From a virus (Duplodnaviria > Caudoviricetes), in the IMG/VR virus record IMGVR_UViG_3300047457_000684, positions 1 to 52,846 of that record: 52,846 nucleotides of DNA; one strand, written 5' to 3'. The notes under the pieces are model-generated. The model searched no databases and was not told where the DNA came from. It was given only the letters and a program-made list of their open reading frames with translations. This document shows, piece by piece, positions 1-9,092 of the stretch (its first letter is position 1; each line of letters starts with the position of its first letter). Position numbers and translations under genes: made by a program.

Positions 1-25
1 GTTCCACAACCATAGGCCTGGGGAA

Positions 26-424
26 TCACTGTGGAAATCCCAGGATGCACTGTGCGTCAGAAACGCTGCGCACGATTCCAGAACACCCGCCAGCACTGGC
101 CACATGGTCCAGAAAACGCTGTTGTTCCGGAGTTGCACGGCCTGTTGATGACTTCACCTCCAGCGCCACAAACTGCGCCACCCCGCCCACGGTGCGGTAG
201 CCGATCAGGTCGGAGGATCCGACGCACAGCCCCGCATGGAGCGGCCGGCCGCCACGAACCACCACATCACCAGGCCGCAGTGCTGCCGCCACGGCGCGGA
301 TATTGCCCGCTGAGACCCGTGTGGATGGCCCAGCCCAGCCGGTGCCCACGTTGTTGCGCCACAGCCTGGTGGAACCGGATCCGCATGCCAACAGGATGCG
401 TTGCTGGGTCTCGTGTTCGCTCAT
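26..424 (-). CDS. VRR-NUC domain nuclease (allele 1)
   Basis: MSEHETQQRI...LWRNNVG...GSSDLIG...FVALEVKSSTGRATPEQQRFL, a PD-(D/E)xK VRR-NUC pattern; start moved to ATG 424, matching the copy at 47476. Confidence 0.85.
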   Translation of the reverse strand: MSEHETQQRILLACGSGSTRLWRNNVGTGWAGPSTRVSAGNIRAVAAALRPGDVVVRGGRPLHAGLCVGSSDLIGYRTVGGVAQFVALEVKSSTGRATPEQQRFLDHVASAGGCSGIVRSVSDAQCILGFPQ

Positions 425-486
425 GCATGCCGGTGCTGCTGTTCCGTCAGTCAACGGATGGCGAGTGACGTTCTGTGTACCGGTCT

Positions 487-564
487 GCCAGGTCGGCCCT
501 ACCGGTAACGCGGGCGCCGTGGTCGGCTTCGATGGGGCCACCTGAAACGGTACCGAAGGCCTGG
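487..564. other. Conserved structured intergenic element (candidate ncRNA), copy 1
   Basis: Retained at 48356..48434 although both flanks differ; CCAGGTC/GGCCTGG ends pair, internal GGCTTC-GAT-GGGGCC hairpin, TACCG/CGGTA pairing. Confidence 0.4.
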
Positions 565-596
565 CCCATAACCTGCAACCAACGGCCACTAGCCGG

Positions 597-977
597 ATGC
601 GGGCTCAGATCGTCGGCACTGAACTGCTCACCCGTCGATCATTTCGCGCCGACATCTTCCAGGCCTGGCAACACCGCTGCGCGTACTGCGGCGACCCAGC
701 ACAATCACTCGATCACATCATGCCCAAGGCCAGAGGCGGCCTCACCGTCCGTTCCAACCTGGCCGCAGCATGCCTCACCTGTAACCGCCGCAAGGGGCAC
801 AGGGAGGTGTTCTCGTGGTGGCGTGAGCAGCACTTTTGGTCCGAGATCGGTCAGTCACGCCTCATCGAATGGCTGACCTCAAACAACGAACAGTCAACAG
901 CAAACCCAGGCCCTTCTTCCCCTGGATCAGGAAAACCCATCCCGCAACGATCACGCGCCCAATGTTTGCAATCGTGA
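597..977 (+). CDS. HNH endonuclease (HNH-1, intact allele)
   Basis: CAYCG...LDHIMPKARGG...NLAAACLTCNRRKG. Confidence 0.9.
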   Translation: MRAQIVGTELLTRRSFRADIFQAWQHRCAYCGDPAQSLDHIMPKARGGLTVRSNLAAACLTCNRRKGHREVFSWWREQHFWSEIGQSRLIEWLTSNNEQSTANPGPSSPGSGKPIPQRSRAQCLQS

Positions 978-1336
978 CATGACGGCCCGCTCTGCCCTCG
1001 CCATCGCGGAATCTCTGGGCATGTATTCCGGTGCAATACACCGCGCCGTATAGCTGAGATCGCCTCCTTGGATCGCCCCAGCTGCCGCCCCAGTTGATAC
1101 GCCGGCAACTCACTGGTGAGCACCAACCTCACATCATCTGGCGTCAGCGGTGGCTTATTCCCACGCCCAACGCCACGAGCATGTGGCGCACGCCCTGGTT
1201 TAGGCCTTTCACCCTGCCAGACCGTCCAGCGAAAATCGCAGTCACGGCACCACACACGCTGACGCCTGCTGCCATTCAGCAACTTTCGGCTGTCAACCAC
1301 CTTCGTGCAACTACTACCGCAGCTCTTGCAGCTCAT
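851..1336 (-). CDS. Zn-ribbon plus HTH-like DNA-binding protein
   Basis: CKSC...TKVVDSR...CRDC (NrdR-like N-terminal ribbon), extra C-terminal Cys cluster; positional homolog at 50599..50943. Confidence 0.6.
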   Translation of the reverse strand: MSCKSCGSSCTKVVDSRKLLNGSRRQRVWCRDCDFRWTVWQGERPKPGRAPHARGVGRGNKPPLTPDDVRLVLTSELPAYQLGRQLGRSKEAISAIRRGVLHRNTCPEIPRWRGQSGPSCHDCKHWARDRCGMGFPDPGEEGPGFAVDCSLFEVSHSMRRD

Positions 1337-2148
1337 TCGATTTCATGCATTGGCTTGAATGTCATTCCCAGTGATTGCACTGATCGGCCCTGTCGTATCG
1401 CAAGGCTGATCGTTGATTCATCAACATGCAAGCTACGCCCAGCATCAGCGCAGCTCTGCCATATCCTCCCGGTTTCTATGCATTTAATCCTGAAGTCACC
1501 CATTCGTCGCGGATACTCAGAAGCGATGGTATCTGCTAGTTCACGATCCTCCAGCAGGAGAAACAATGCATCAGCACTGAAACCACCTAACACCCTAGGC
1601 ATCTCACGTGCTAATCTCCGCCATGATGATCGTTTGATGTAATGATAGCTTTTGACCTTCCACGGCTTGAGGCATTCACGAATCTGTTTCCGTTTTGCCC
1701 ATGCCCATATTCTCGAAGCAGGGCAGCCTAAAATCCTAGCCGTTGATCCAAGCGTCAGCCATTCACCGTATCGACTGCCGCACCGATACCCATTACGTTT
1801 CAACCACTCAGATACTGAATTTTCAGATCGCAATGGCCACCCACATTCAACAGCTCGCTTCAGCATTCGCTGCATCATGATAGGAAACGGCACATCATCA
1901 ATCATTGATTCAAGGAAGGCAATCTCATCGGCCGACCACTTGGTGGGCGGTGTCTTCGTTGTAATCGCGTTGCCATAACCTACTGCTATTCCAGAACGTC
2001 GTAACCGTGCTGCAATAGATTTTTTTGATCGTACTGGCCAGCTATTCAGCCTCGCCAGTTGTTCCATTCGTTCCACAATCTGATTGAACGACATCCGCTG
2101 CGCTAGATCCTCCAGCGCTTTGCGTTCTTCTGGTAGCCAGTTACTCAT
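1333..2148 (-). CDS. Hypothetical DNA-binding protein (repeated Trp-helix units, HTH-like C-terminus)
   Basis: ATGA-coupled ORF; homolog at 50940..51752; C-terminal IKCIETGRIWQSCADAGRSL resembles NUMOD1-like HTH. Confidence 0.65.
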   Translation of the reverse strand: MSNWLPEERKALEDLAQRMSFNQIVERMEQLARLNSWPVRSKKSIAARLRRSGIAVGYGNAITTKTPPTKWSADEIAFLESMIDDVPFPIMMQRMLKRAVECGWPLRSENSVSEWLKRNGYRCGSRYGEWLTLGSTARILGCPASRIWAWAKRKQIRECLKPWKVKSYHYIKRSSWRRLAREMPRVLGGFSADALFLLLEDRELADTIASEYPRRMGDFRIKCIETGRIWQSCADAGRSLHVDESTISLAIRQGRSVQSLGMTFKPMHEIE

Positions 2149-2876
2149 GCCACGCCCTCCAGCTCCAGAACCCGCGCCAACGGGATCGCTGCCACTTGCG
2201 GCACCACGGCATTGCCCAGTGCCTTCAGTCGGTCCATCCCGCTGGGTATCCCATCAGAGCCTCGGCATAGCTTGGGTGTACCAGGGGCGGGTCCGTCTCT
2301 GAGCATCTCAAACTCTCTGATGTTCTGACTCCGCGCCAGTGCGGGCTGCCAATGAATCGGTTTTTCGATGCACCCTTCCATTCGGTAGCTGTCGGGGTAG
2401 GAAATAGCCCACCAGCGATTGCGAACGTGCCAAGCTCCAAGATCGGCAGCTGATACGCATGCCCATTCGCAAGCACGCCCATCATTGGCCAGCTCTCCAA
2501 GAACAGCTGCCAACCCGTCAGAACAGATGCCTGCGACGTTCTCCATGACGAGGTATCTGGCTCCCACTTCGCGAACCACTCGGAGCAGTTCGTAAAACAG
2601 GCCGGAACGGGTCTCCAATCCAATACCAGCACGTTTGCCGGCGATCGAGACGTCTTGGCAGGGAAAACCTCCACACACAACGTCAGCTGATCCTGGCTCT
2701 GGTCTAAAGGTGCAGATGTCATCGTGAATGGGGACAGTGGGCCAGTGTTTCTTCAGGATGCGTTGGCAATAGGGATCCCGTTCCACAAACTGAACGGTCT
2801 GGAATCCACCGAGCCAGCGGGCGGCGAGGCTGAAACCGCCGATGCCGGAGAAGGTGTCAAGCAGGCGGAGGGTCAT
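2145..2876 (-). CDS. C5-cytosine DNA methyltransferase, main (alpha-like) polypeptide
   Basis: Motifs I (FSGIGG), IV (GFPCQD), VI (ENV), VIII (HVRNRW) and X (LKALGNAVVP); motif IX not found in this frame. Confidence 0.9.
   Translation of the reverse strand: MTLRLLDTFSGIGGFSLAARWLGGFQTVQFVERDPYCQRILKKHWPTVPIHDDICTFRPEPGSADVVCGGFPCQDVSIAGKRAGIGLETRSGLFYELLRVVREVGARYLVMENVAGICSDGLAAVLGELANDGRACEWACVSAADLGAWHVRNRWWAISYPDSYRMEGCIEKPIHWQPALARSQNIREFEMLRDGPAPGTPKLCRGSDGIPSGMDRLKALGNAVVPQVAAIPLARVLELEGVA
2225..2722 (-). CDS. Overlapping alternative-frame polypeptide (beta-like subunit) of the C5 MTase
   Basis: Nested same-strand ORF with FPTPTATEWKG and LVHPSYAEALMGYPAGWTD, resembling TRD and motif IX. 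Confidence 0.65.
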   Translation of the reverse strand: MTSAPLDQSQDQLTLCVEVFPAKTSRSPANVLVLDWRPVPACFTNCSEWFAKWEPDTSSWRTSQASVLTGWQLFLESWPMMGVLANGHAYQLPILELGTFAIAGGLFPTPTATEWKGASKNRFIGSPHWRGVRTSESLRCSETDPPLVHPSYAEALMGYPAGWTD

Positions 2877-2909
2877 GCCGCCACCTCCGCCTGCGCTGCG
2901 ACAAAACCT

Positions 2910-3143
2910 CTACATTTGCTCGTCGGTGTCGCTGAATTGTTGCTCGTACTCGGCGATGTGGTCCTCTGTCGCCTGCTCAGACAGGCAACTGAGCTGCAGA
3001 TCCAAGAACGTGGTGAGAGCGGCAAGATTGGCCACCATTTCAGACGCTTCAGGGCTGCTGGCATCACGAGCCAGCTGGGGGATCCAGTGAGCAATCCAGT
3101 CTTTGAGCGACTTCTTGGCGTTGAAGATCGTCGGGTGATACAT
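2910..3143 (-). CDS. Hypothetical protein (allele 1 only)
   Basis: MYHPTIFNAKKSLKDWIAHW...; start lies in one 29-bp repeat unit, ORF can extend to 3233. Confidence 0.45.
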   Translation of the reverse strand: MYHPTIFNAKKSLKDWIAHWIPQLARDASSPEASEMVANLAALTTFLDLQLSCLSEQATEDHIAEYEQQFSDTDEQM

Positions 3144-3207
3144 GGCAAGTTGAAGATCGTCGGGTGATACATGGCAAGTTGAAGATCGTCGGGTGATACA
3201 TGGCAAG
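3121..3207. repeat. Perfect tandem repeat, 3 x 29 bp (TTGAAGATCGTCGGGTGATACATGGCAAG)
   Basis: Units at 3121, 3150 and 3179, no spacers. Confidence 0.95.
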
Positions 3208-3237
3208 CGGTTAACGCTGCCTTCTATTGCCATTGGC

Positions 3238-4620
3238 TCATGCCACCCTCCCCCAGTGCCCCTTCGCCTGCCGCGCCGCCATCACATGCCGGGCCCAGCC
3301 ACGGGGGTTCTTCATGCCGCGACGTTTCCCGATATCCACCAGCTGCTCCAGCGTCTGCGCCTGGCCCTGTTCACGTTTCGCCTCTCGCCGCTGCACTTCC
3401 ACAAGCTCACCATCCACATGCACAAGCTCTCGACGCTCAGGCTGGAACTCGTGGCCGCAGTCCGGGCAAATCTGTTTCGCTGATGGCATCGCGGCGAAAC
3501 ACTTCGGGCAGACCCGCACGCTCGGGGCTGCCTGCCGGTCGCGCTTCGTCACGCCCTCCAGCGTCCATTCCCTCTCTTCGAGGTGATGGCCCAGTCGCTG
3601 GGTGTTCCCCACGTGGTCGAGGATCACCGCTTGCTTGCCCTCCTGTGGCCGCAGACAACGGCCGATCATCTGCAGGTGCAGGCTCAGCGATTGCGTTGGG
3701 CGCAGCAGAATGCAGCCGCTCACCGATGGCACGTCCACGCCCTCGCCGATCAGTGCGCAGCTGGTGAGCACCTTCAACCGGCCGGCGCCCAGGTCCGACA
3801 GAAGACGCTCCCGAGTGGCCGCATCCATGGTCCCGTCGATCGACGCGGCGGCCACGCCGTGACGATTGAACAACGCCGCCACCGCTGCGGCGTGGCTGAT
3901 GCTGCAGCAGAACGCAATCGCCGTCTGGCCCTCCAGATACTTCCGGTAGTGCGTTAGACAGTCGCCCATCGCTTGCCCCGTCTGCAGGGCCTGGCCGGCC
4001 TGCGTCATGTCGAAGTCGCCCATCCGCTTTCGCAGGCCACGCGCATCAAATCCGATCGGTGGCGCCAGCACACGCGCCGGGGCCAGATACCCAGCAGCCG
4101 TCAGCTCAGCTGGACTGGGGCCCATCACCATCGCTGAATACCACTCGCCAAGGCCTCGGCCATCACAACGGACCGGCGTTGCCGTCACACCCAGAACACG
4201 GGCACTGGAGTAGTGCGCCAGCACCTTCGCCCACGTGCCCGCGTTGCTGTGGTGGGCCTCATCCACCACCAACAGGTTGAACAACTCCTGGGGGATTCGA
4301 TGCAGCCGTCTGGCCAGGGTCTGCACTGAGGCCACCTGCACCGATGCCGACAGGTCCATCCCATGGCCCGCAGCGATCAGCCCATGGCGCACACCAAGGC
4401 CCCGCAGACTGGCGCTCGCCTGCCGTAGCAGTTCCTGCCGATGCACCAAGATGCAGATCCGTGAGCCCTTAGCCGCAGCCTGTTCGGCGATGTGGCTGAA
4501 TACCACAGTCTTACCGCCACCGGTCGGCAGCACGAACAGCACCGATCGATTCCTCGCCTGGTAAGCCTGGCGGATCTTGGCGACGGCTTCGGCCTGGTAG
4601 GGGCGGAGGGTGAGGGTCAT
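3238..4620 (-). CDS. SF2 (DEAH) DNA helicase with C-terminal Zn ribbon
   Basis: LPTGGGKT, DEAHH, GVTATP, QMIGRCLR, CPKC...CPDC. Confidence 0.95.
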   Translation of the reverse strand: MTLTLRPYQAEAVAKIRQAYQARNRSVLFVLPTGGGKTVVFSHIAEQAAAKGSRICILVHRQELLRQASASLRGLGVRHGLIAAGHGMDLSASVQVASVQTLARRLHRIPQELFNLLVVDEAHHSNAGTWAKVLAHYSSARVLGVTATPVRCDGRGLGEWYSAMVMGPSPAELTAAGYLAPARVLAPPIGFDARGLRKRMGDFDMTQAGQALQTGQAMGDCLTHYRKYLEGQTAIAFCCSISHAAAVAALFNRHGVAAASIDGTMDAATRERLLSDLGAGRLKVLTSCALIGEGVDVPSVSGCILLRPTQSLSLHLQMIGRCLRPQEGKQAVILDHVGNTQRLGHHLEEREWTLEGVTKRDRQAAPSVRVCPKCFAAMPSAKQICPDCGHEFQPERRELVHVDGELVEVQRREAKREQGQAQTLEQLVDIGKRRGMKNPRGWARHVMAARQAKGHWGRVA

Positions 4621-5267
4621 GACTCAGACTCCTCGCTATTCATCAGAGCCGCTGCAATCTCACCCGCTTCGGTCATTAGCTCGTCAATCAGGGAGCGGCC
4701 GATACGATCTGCAAGCAACTCGTAGAAGATGCGCCGCTTGTGATACTCAAACTTGACCAGCTTATCTTGATGCTTTGCGTGTTCCCGTGCCTTGCGCTTT
4801 CGTTTCTCTTCGCGGAGTCGCTCAACTTCAGCCTTAAGGCGCAGCTTTTCCAGGTGCTTGCGATCGTTCTCTTCAGCTTTGGTCTGTTTGCGATGCTTTC
4901 TTTCCGCTATCAGACACTGCCTAAACAGAAGATTGATGAAATTCTTGAACCTTAGGCGTTTTGCGGTCGCTGGAGGCAGTGAATCTAGCAGTTCATTGAA
5001 TGAAGTGCTGCCGCCGCGAAGTTCGGCAATCTGAGCATCAACCTCCGAAAGCAACAGCGTGAGGTCGTCAGAGTGAAGCGATAGTAGCTCGGCAAGATAG
5101 ACATCCCTTCCCAGTGCCTTGCTTTTGTAAAAGAAATTTTTTACCTCTGGGTCTCGAACGACGCTGCGGTCGTTGAGCCAACGTTCGTTGTCGTGCGTCA
5201 TTGTGGTTTTTGCAGTTGCCGCCGCAATGGCTGTGGTGGTGGATTGGTAGTGCCGGAGTTCAATCAC
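4617..5267 (-). CDS. Hypothetical protein (charged coiled coil); start uncertain
   Basis: Long ORF with overlapping start/stop coupling to both neighbours. Confidence 0.6.
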   Translation of the reverse strand: MIELRHYQSTTTAIAAATAKTTMTHDNERWLNDRSVVRDPEVKNFFYKSKALGRDVYLAELLSLHSDDLTLLLSEVDAQIAELRGGSTSFNELLDSLPPATAKRLRFKNFINLLFRQCLIAERKHRKQTKAEENDRKHLEKLRLKAEVERLREEKRKRKAREHAKHQDKLVKFEYHKRRIFYELLADRIGRSLIDELMTEAGEIAAALMNSEESES

Positions 5268-5542
5268 CGACAGTCCCTCACCCAGCGAGACATATCAATC
5301 ACATCCACATAGACACTCTCGCCATTACGCATAACCATTACTGGTTCGCGTTGTGGTGCCCAGTTCTCACGTATCGCCACCCTGATCGCCTCAAGGTGAT
5401 CAACGCCACTCTGCCGTAACTGGCAGTAACGCTGACCGGCAAGATTTGGATAAAACGATTGCGCTGCCGCAGGCATCGCCCACAGCATCACTGAAATCAG
5501 AGCAAGCCTTTTCATGTGTTTCATTGAATAGGGTGCCGCCAC
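5264..5542 (-). CDS. Small protein with signal-peptide-like N-terminus
   Basis: MKRLALISVMLWAMPAAAQ; start may be internal. Confidence 0.55.
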   Translation of the reverse strand: MAAPYSMKHMKRLALISVMLWAMPAAAQSFYPNLAGQRYCQLRQSGVDHLEAIRVAIRENWAPQREPVMVMRNGESVYVDVIDMSRWVRDCR

Positions 5543-5788
5543 GTTCTCCCCGCTTAGAGCTGGCCCAGATGCCTAGACGCCCCAGGTTGGAACCACCAGC
5601 TCTCCTCGATGGGACCTAGACAGACCAGAGGCCATACCAACGGGCTATCACACCCGTAGGCACCCACCGCATGGTCCGGGCAGCGGATGGCATGGTCACG
5701 GAGCAGGGCTTGAACGCAACGACTCCGGAATCATACCCCTTCCCTTCCGAAACCGCACGGCTACCATGGGAGAACCACATCAGTTCCC

Positions 5789-5959
5789 ATGCCCGACGAC
5801 CGCCGCACGATCACCCTTGAGCTCTCCGCTCAACACGTCCGTCACCTCGACGCTCAGGCCACCTACTACGGCTGTTCACGTGCCGCCTACATCCGTCAGC
5901 TCATCGTCCGCGACCAGGAACGCCAGGGCGCAGTAACCCGCACCACGGCTGCGGCCTGA
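5789..5959 (+). CDS. Ribbon-helix-helix (CopG/Arc-like) regulator, 56 aa (not in ORF track)
   Basis: Manual translation MPDDRRTITLELSAQHVRHLDAQATYYGCSRAAYIRQLIVRDQER...; directly precedes the primase. Confidence 0.75.
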   Translation: MPDDRRTITLELSAQHVRHLDAQATYYGCSRAAYIRQLIVRDQERQGAVTRTTAAA

Positions 5960-5963
5960 TCCG

Positions 5964-8477
5964 GTGCCCTCCGCAATCGATGCCGCAGACGGCCAGTGGC
6001 CTCGTCTGTTACAGGAACTCGGCGGCCTCGCGCCTGAGCAGCTCACCAACACCCATCAGCCCTGCCCAGCCTGTGGTGGCACCGACCGTTACCGCTGGGA
6101 TCGTGATGACGGCCCCGGCGGCTGGTTCTGCAATCAGTGCGGCGGCAAAGATCACCGTGGCGGCGCTGGTTCCGGCATGGACCTGCTCACCCGCGTCACC
6201 GGCTGGCCCTTCGCTGATGCCTGCCGCCGCATTGAGCAGCACCTCGGCATCACCATCACCCCACCCATCCCCGAGCCGCCTACCGCTGGCGCTGAGCACG
6301 TCTGGCGCTACTCCGACACCTTCTACGTCTGCCGGTTCCCTCAGAAACGCATCCGGCCGCTCTGGTACGACGGCACCGCCTGGCGGTGGAAGGTGCCACC
6401 ATCCCCGCGCCCGCTCTACTGGGCCCGTCGTGCTGCTGGCGCTCCGGTACTCATCACCGAAGGCGAGAAGGCCGCTGATGCCGCCGCCACCCTTTTCCCC
6501 GATCACGCCATCGCCACTTGGCCATCGGGCTGCAAGGCCATCGACAAGGCCGACTGGAATCCACTCCGTGGCCGCTCCGTCGTCCTCTGGCCCGATGCCG
6601 ACCAGCCAGGCCGTGATGCCATGGCGAAACTCGCCACACGGCTCCTAGCCCTCAATTGCACTCTCCAGGTCGTCAACCCACCTGAATCTGCACCCAACGG
6701 ATGGGATCTCGCCGATGCCCTCGCCGAGGGCTGGACACCTGATCGCGCTGCACGCAACCTCCAGCAATTCGCTCGGACCATTGAGCCGCCTGAGCCGGAA
6801 ACCGTGCAAACCGTGCAGGCCGAGCCCGGAACCGTGCAAACCGTGCCGGCCGCCGCAACACCACCCGCTCACCAGCCTTTCACGTGCCTTGGATTCGACG
6901 AAGGCAACTACTACTACCAACCCTCCAGCACCGGACAGATCACACGCATCGGCCGCGGCAACCACACCGAGACGCATCTGCTGACCCTCTGTCCTGAACT
7001 CAGCTACTGGGAAACGCTCTATCCCAGCCGCAATGGCATCAACTGGACAGCAGCCAAAGCCTCACTCTTCGCTCAACAGGCGAAGGTCGGCATCTTCTCC
7101 CCAGACCGCATCCGTGGTCGCGGCGCCTGGTGGGATGACGGCCGCGCGGTCCTGCACCTCGGCGATCGCCTCATCGTTGACGGCGTGGCGCACAGCGTCA
7201 TGAAACCGCCGCCGTCGCGCTTCTCCTACCAGCGTCTAGCCGCCATCGACATTCCCGCTGACCTCCAGCCGCTCACTGATCAGCAAGGCGCTGAAATCCT
7301 CGACATCGCCTCTCGCTTCCTATGGGAGGTGCCCGCATCCGGCCTACTCATCGCTGGCTGGGCTGCCCTCGCACCCATCTGTGGCAGCCTCAGCTGGCGC
7401 CCACACATCTGGCTCACCGCTTCCGCAGGCTCCGGTAAGTCCGTCCTGCTGGATCGCTTCCTTGGCACCCTGCTGGACAGCCTCGCCCTCTGGCCTGAAG
7501 GCTCCACCAGCGAGGCCAGCATCCGCCAGGAACTCCGCGCTGACGCCCTGCCGGTGATCATGGATGAGGCCGAGTCCAACGAACTCGCGGACCGCAACCG
7601 GATTCAGAACATCCTCGCCCTAGCCCGTGTCGCCTCCAGCTCAGGCCGTGGCTTCGTCGGGCGTGGTGGTGCCGATGGCGCTGCACAGCGCTACGTGATC
7701 CGCTCCATGTTCCTGCTGTGCTCCATCTCAACCGCGCTGAAACAGGGAGCCGATGCGTCCCGCTTCGCACAGCTCACACTGCGCAACCCATCCTTCATGC
7801 CGCTGGAGCAGCGTCAGGCCCACTGGACCGAGCTAGATCGCGACCTCACCGCCATCATCACCCCAACACTGGGCCATCGGATGGCGCTGCGCTCCGTAGC
7901 CCAAATCCCAATCATCCGCGATTCCGTGGCCGCCTTCCGCCGTGCTGCGGCTAACCGCTTCGACTCCCAGCGCCAGGCCGATCAGTACGGCACCCTCCTA
8001 GCCGGCGCCTGGTCGCTCATGAACGACCGCGTAGCTACCGATCAGGACGCCTACGCCCTCATCGACGCCAACGACTGGACCCAGTACCGCGAAGCCACCG
8101 AGCAGTCCGATGAGGAACGCTGCCTGGCGCGCATCCTTCAACATCAGCTCAGGGTCGAGGCCGATCGCGGCGCCGCATATCAGCGCACCGTTTGGGAGCT
8201 CGTTGAGATCATCCGGGGCACCGCCACCTGCATTGAGATCACCGCAGCCGTCGCTGAGGCTCACCTAGGCCGCATCGGTCTGCGCGTCATGGATGGCCGC
8301 CTGCTGGTCGCCAACACCGCCCTGGGCCTGCAGCGCATCCTCGCCGATACCCCATGGGCCACCAGCTGGCCAACCATCCTGTCCCGCCTGCCCGATGCCC
8401 AAAAGCCCGGCAAGGTCCGCTTCCGTGGAATGGAGCGCAACAGCCGGGCCGTGTCCCTGCCGCTCGATCTGGGCTGA
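5964..8477 (+). CDS. P4-alpha-like primase-helicase (Zn ribbon, TOPRIM, C-terminal helicase)
   Basis: HQPCPACGGTDRY...CNQCG; ITEGEK...WPDAD; ASAGSGKS and MDEAE Walker motifs. Confidence 0.9.
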   Translation: MPSAIDAADGQWPRLLQELGGLAPEQLTNTHQPCPACGGTDRYRWDRDDGPGGWFCNQCGGKDHRGGAGSGMDLLTRVTGWPFADACRRIEQHLGITITPPIPEPPTAGAEHVWRYSDTFYVCRFPQKRIRPLWYDGTAWRWKVPPSPRPLYWARRAAGAPVLITEGEKAADAAATLFPDHAIATWPSGCKAIDKADWNPLRGRSVVLWPDADQPGRDAMAKLATRLLALNCTLQVVNPPESAPNGWDLADALAEGWTPDRAARNLQQFARTIEPPEPETVQTVQAEPGTVQTVPAAATPPAHQPFTCLGFDEGNYYYQPSSTGQITRIGRGNHTETHLLTLCPELSYWETLYPSRNGINWTAAKASLFAQQAKVGIFSPDRIRGRGAWWDDGRAVLHLGDRLIVDGVAHSVMKPPPSRFSYQRLAAIDIPADLQPLTDQQGAEILDIASRFLWEVPASGLLIAGWAALAPICGSLSWRPHIWLTASAGSGKSVLLDRFLGTLLDSLALWPEGSTSEASIRQELRADALPVIMDEAESNELADRNRIQNILALARVASSSGRGFVGRGGADGAAQRYVIRSMFLLCSISTALKQGADASRFAQLTLRNPSFMPLEQRQAHWTELDRDLTAIITPTLGHRMALRSVAQIPIIRDSVAAFRRAAANRFDSQRQADQYGTLLAGAWSLMNDRVATDQDAYALIDANDWTQYREATEQSDEERCLARILQHQLRVEADRGAAYQRTVWELVEIIRGTATCIEITAAVAEAHLGRIGLRVMDGRLLVANTALGLQRILADTPWATSWPTILSRLPDAQKPGKVRFRGMERNSRAVSLPLDLG

Positions 8478-8480
8478 TCC

Positions 8481-8743
8481 GTCCCGCATGTCCCGGCCGT
8501 CCCGCTGGCTCGGGACGTGGGAAACGCCTGCAAATACTGGGTTTGTCCCGCTTGTCCCGCTTGTCCCGCTTTTTCGTGGGGGATAGCCCCTCATGCGCGT
8601 GCGCGTGTGCGCGTGCGCGCGCGTGTGTGTGTGTATGTCTATCTGTAGAAACGGGACAAACGGGACAAAGCGCTCAGATCGCAGTGGTGGCGCGGTTTTT
8701 CGGCTGTCCCGCCTACCGGGACATGGCGGGACATGGCGGGACA
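8481..8743. repeat. Candidate replication origin: GTCCCG/CGGGAC iteron cluster around an alternating purine-pyrimidine tract
   Basis: About a dozen GTCCCG/CGGGAC motifs in both orientations (TTGTCCCGC x3 at 8543..8569, ACGGGACAA x2 at 8651..8668); RY tract 8592..8638; directly after the primase gene. Confidence 0.6.
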
Positions 8744-9092
8744 GTCTTTGTGCTTCCGGAATCGCAGGGCTAGGATTCAGGCATCGGGCACAGCTACGCT
8801 GGCCCCGCCGGGTCGGTCCTACCCGCAAGGATGGACGCGGTGTCGGGGTTACGAGTGGCCCTGGCTGAAACCGCATCGGAGGCCCGGTTTCACGGGTTGG
8901 GGTCTATGGGATTTCCCATAGACCCCTTCTCGTTGGTGGGGTCGGCTCAGATCTCAATGCAGCCATAGGTCCGTCGGATTTCCGACGGACGTACGCCGCG
9001 ATACAAAACCCAGGCCCTTGACGTGCTGCGGTCTGCTGTGCTTATGCTGCAGATGTCGGCAGCGATGCCGGCGCTCACTCGCTGCATTCACC

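Noticed and set aside
3121-3207. 29-bp repeats as a CRISPR array
   Set aside because: Units are contiguous with no spacers
6797-6847. AACCGTGCAAACCGTGC direct repeats in the primase gene as iterons
   Set aside because: In frame within a Pro/Thr-rich interdomain linker; most simply a linker duplication
8265-8876. ORFs over the iteron region
   Set aside because: Low-complexity translations of DNA repeats
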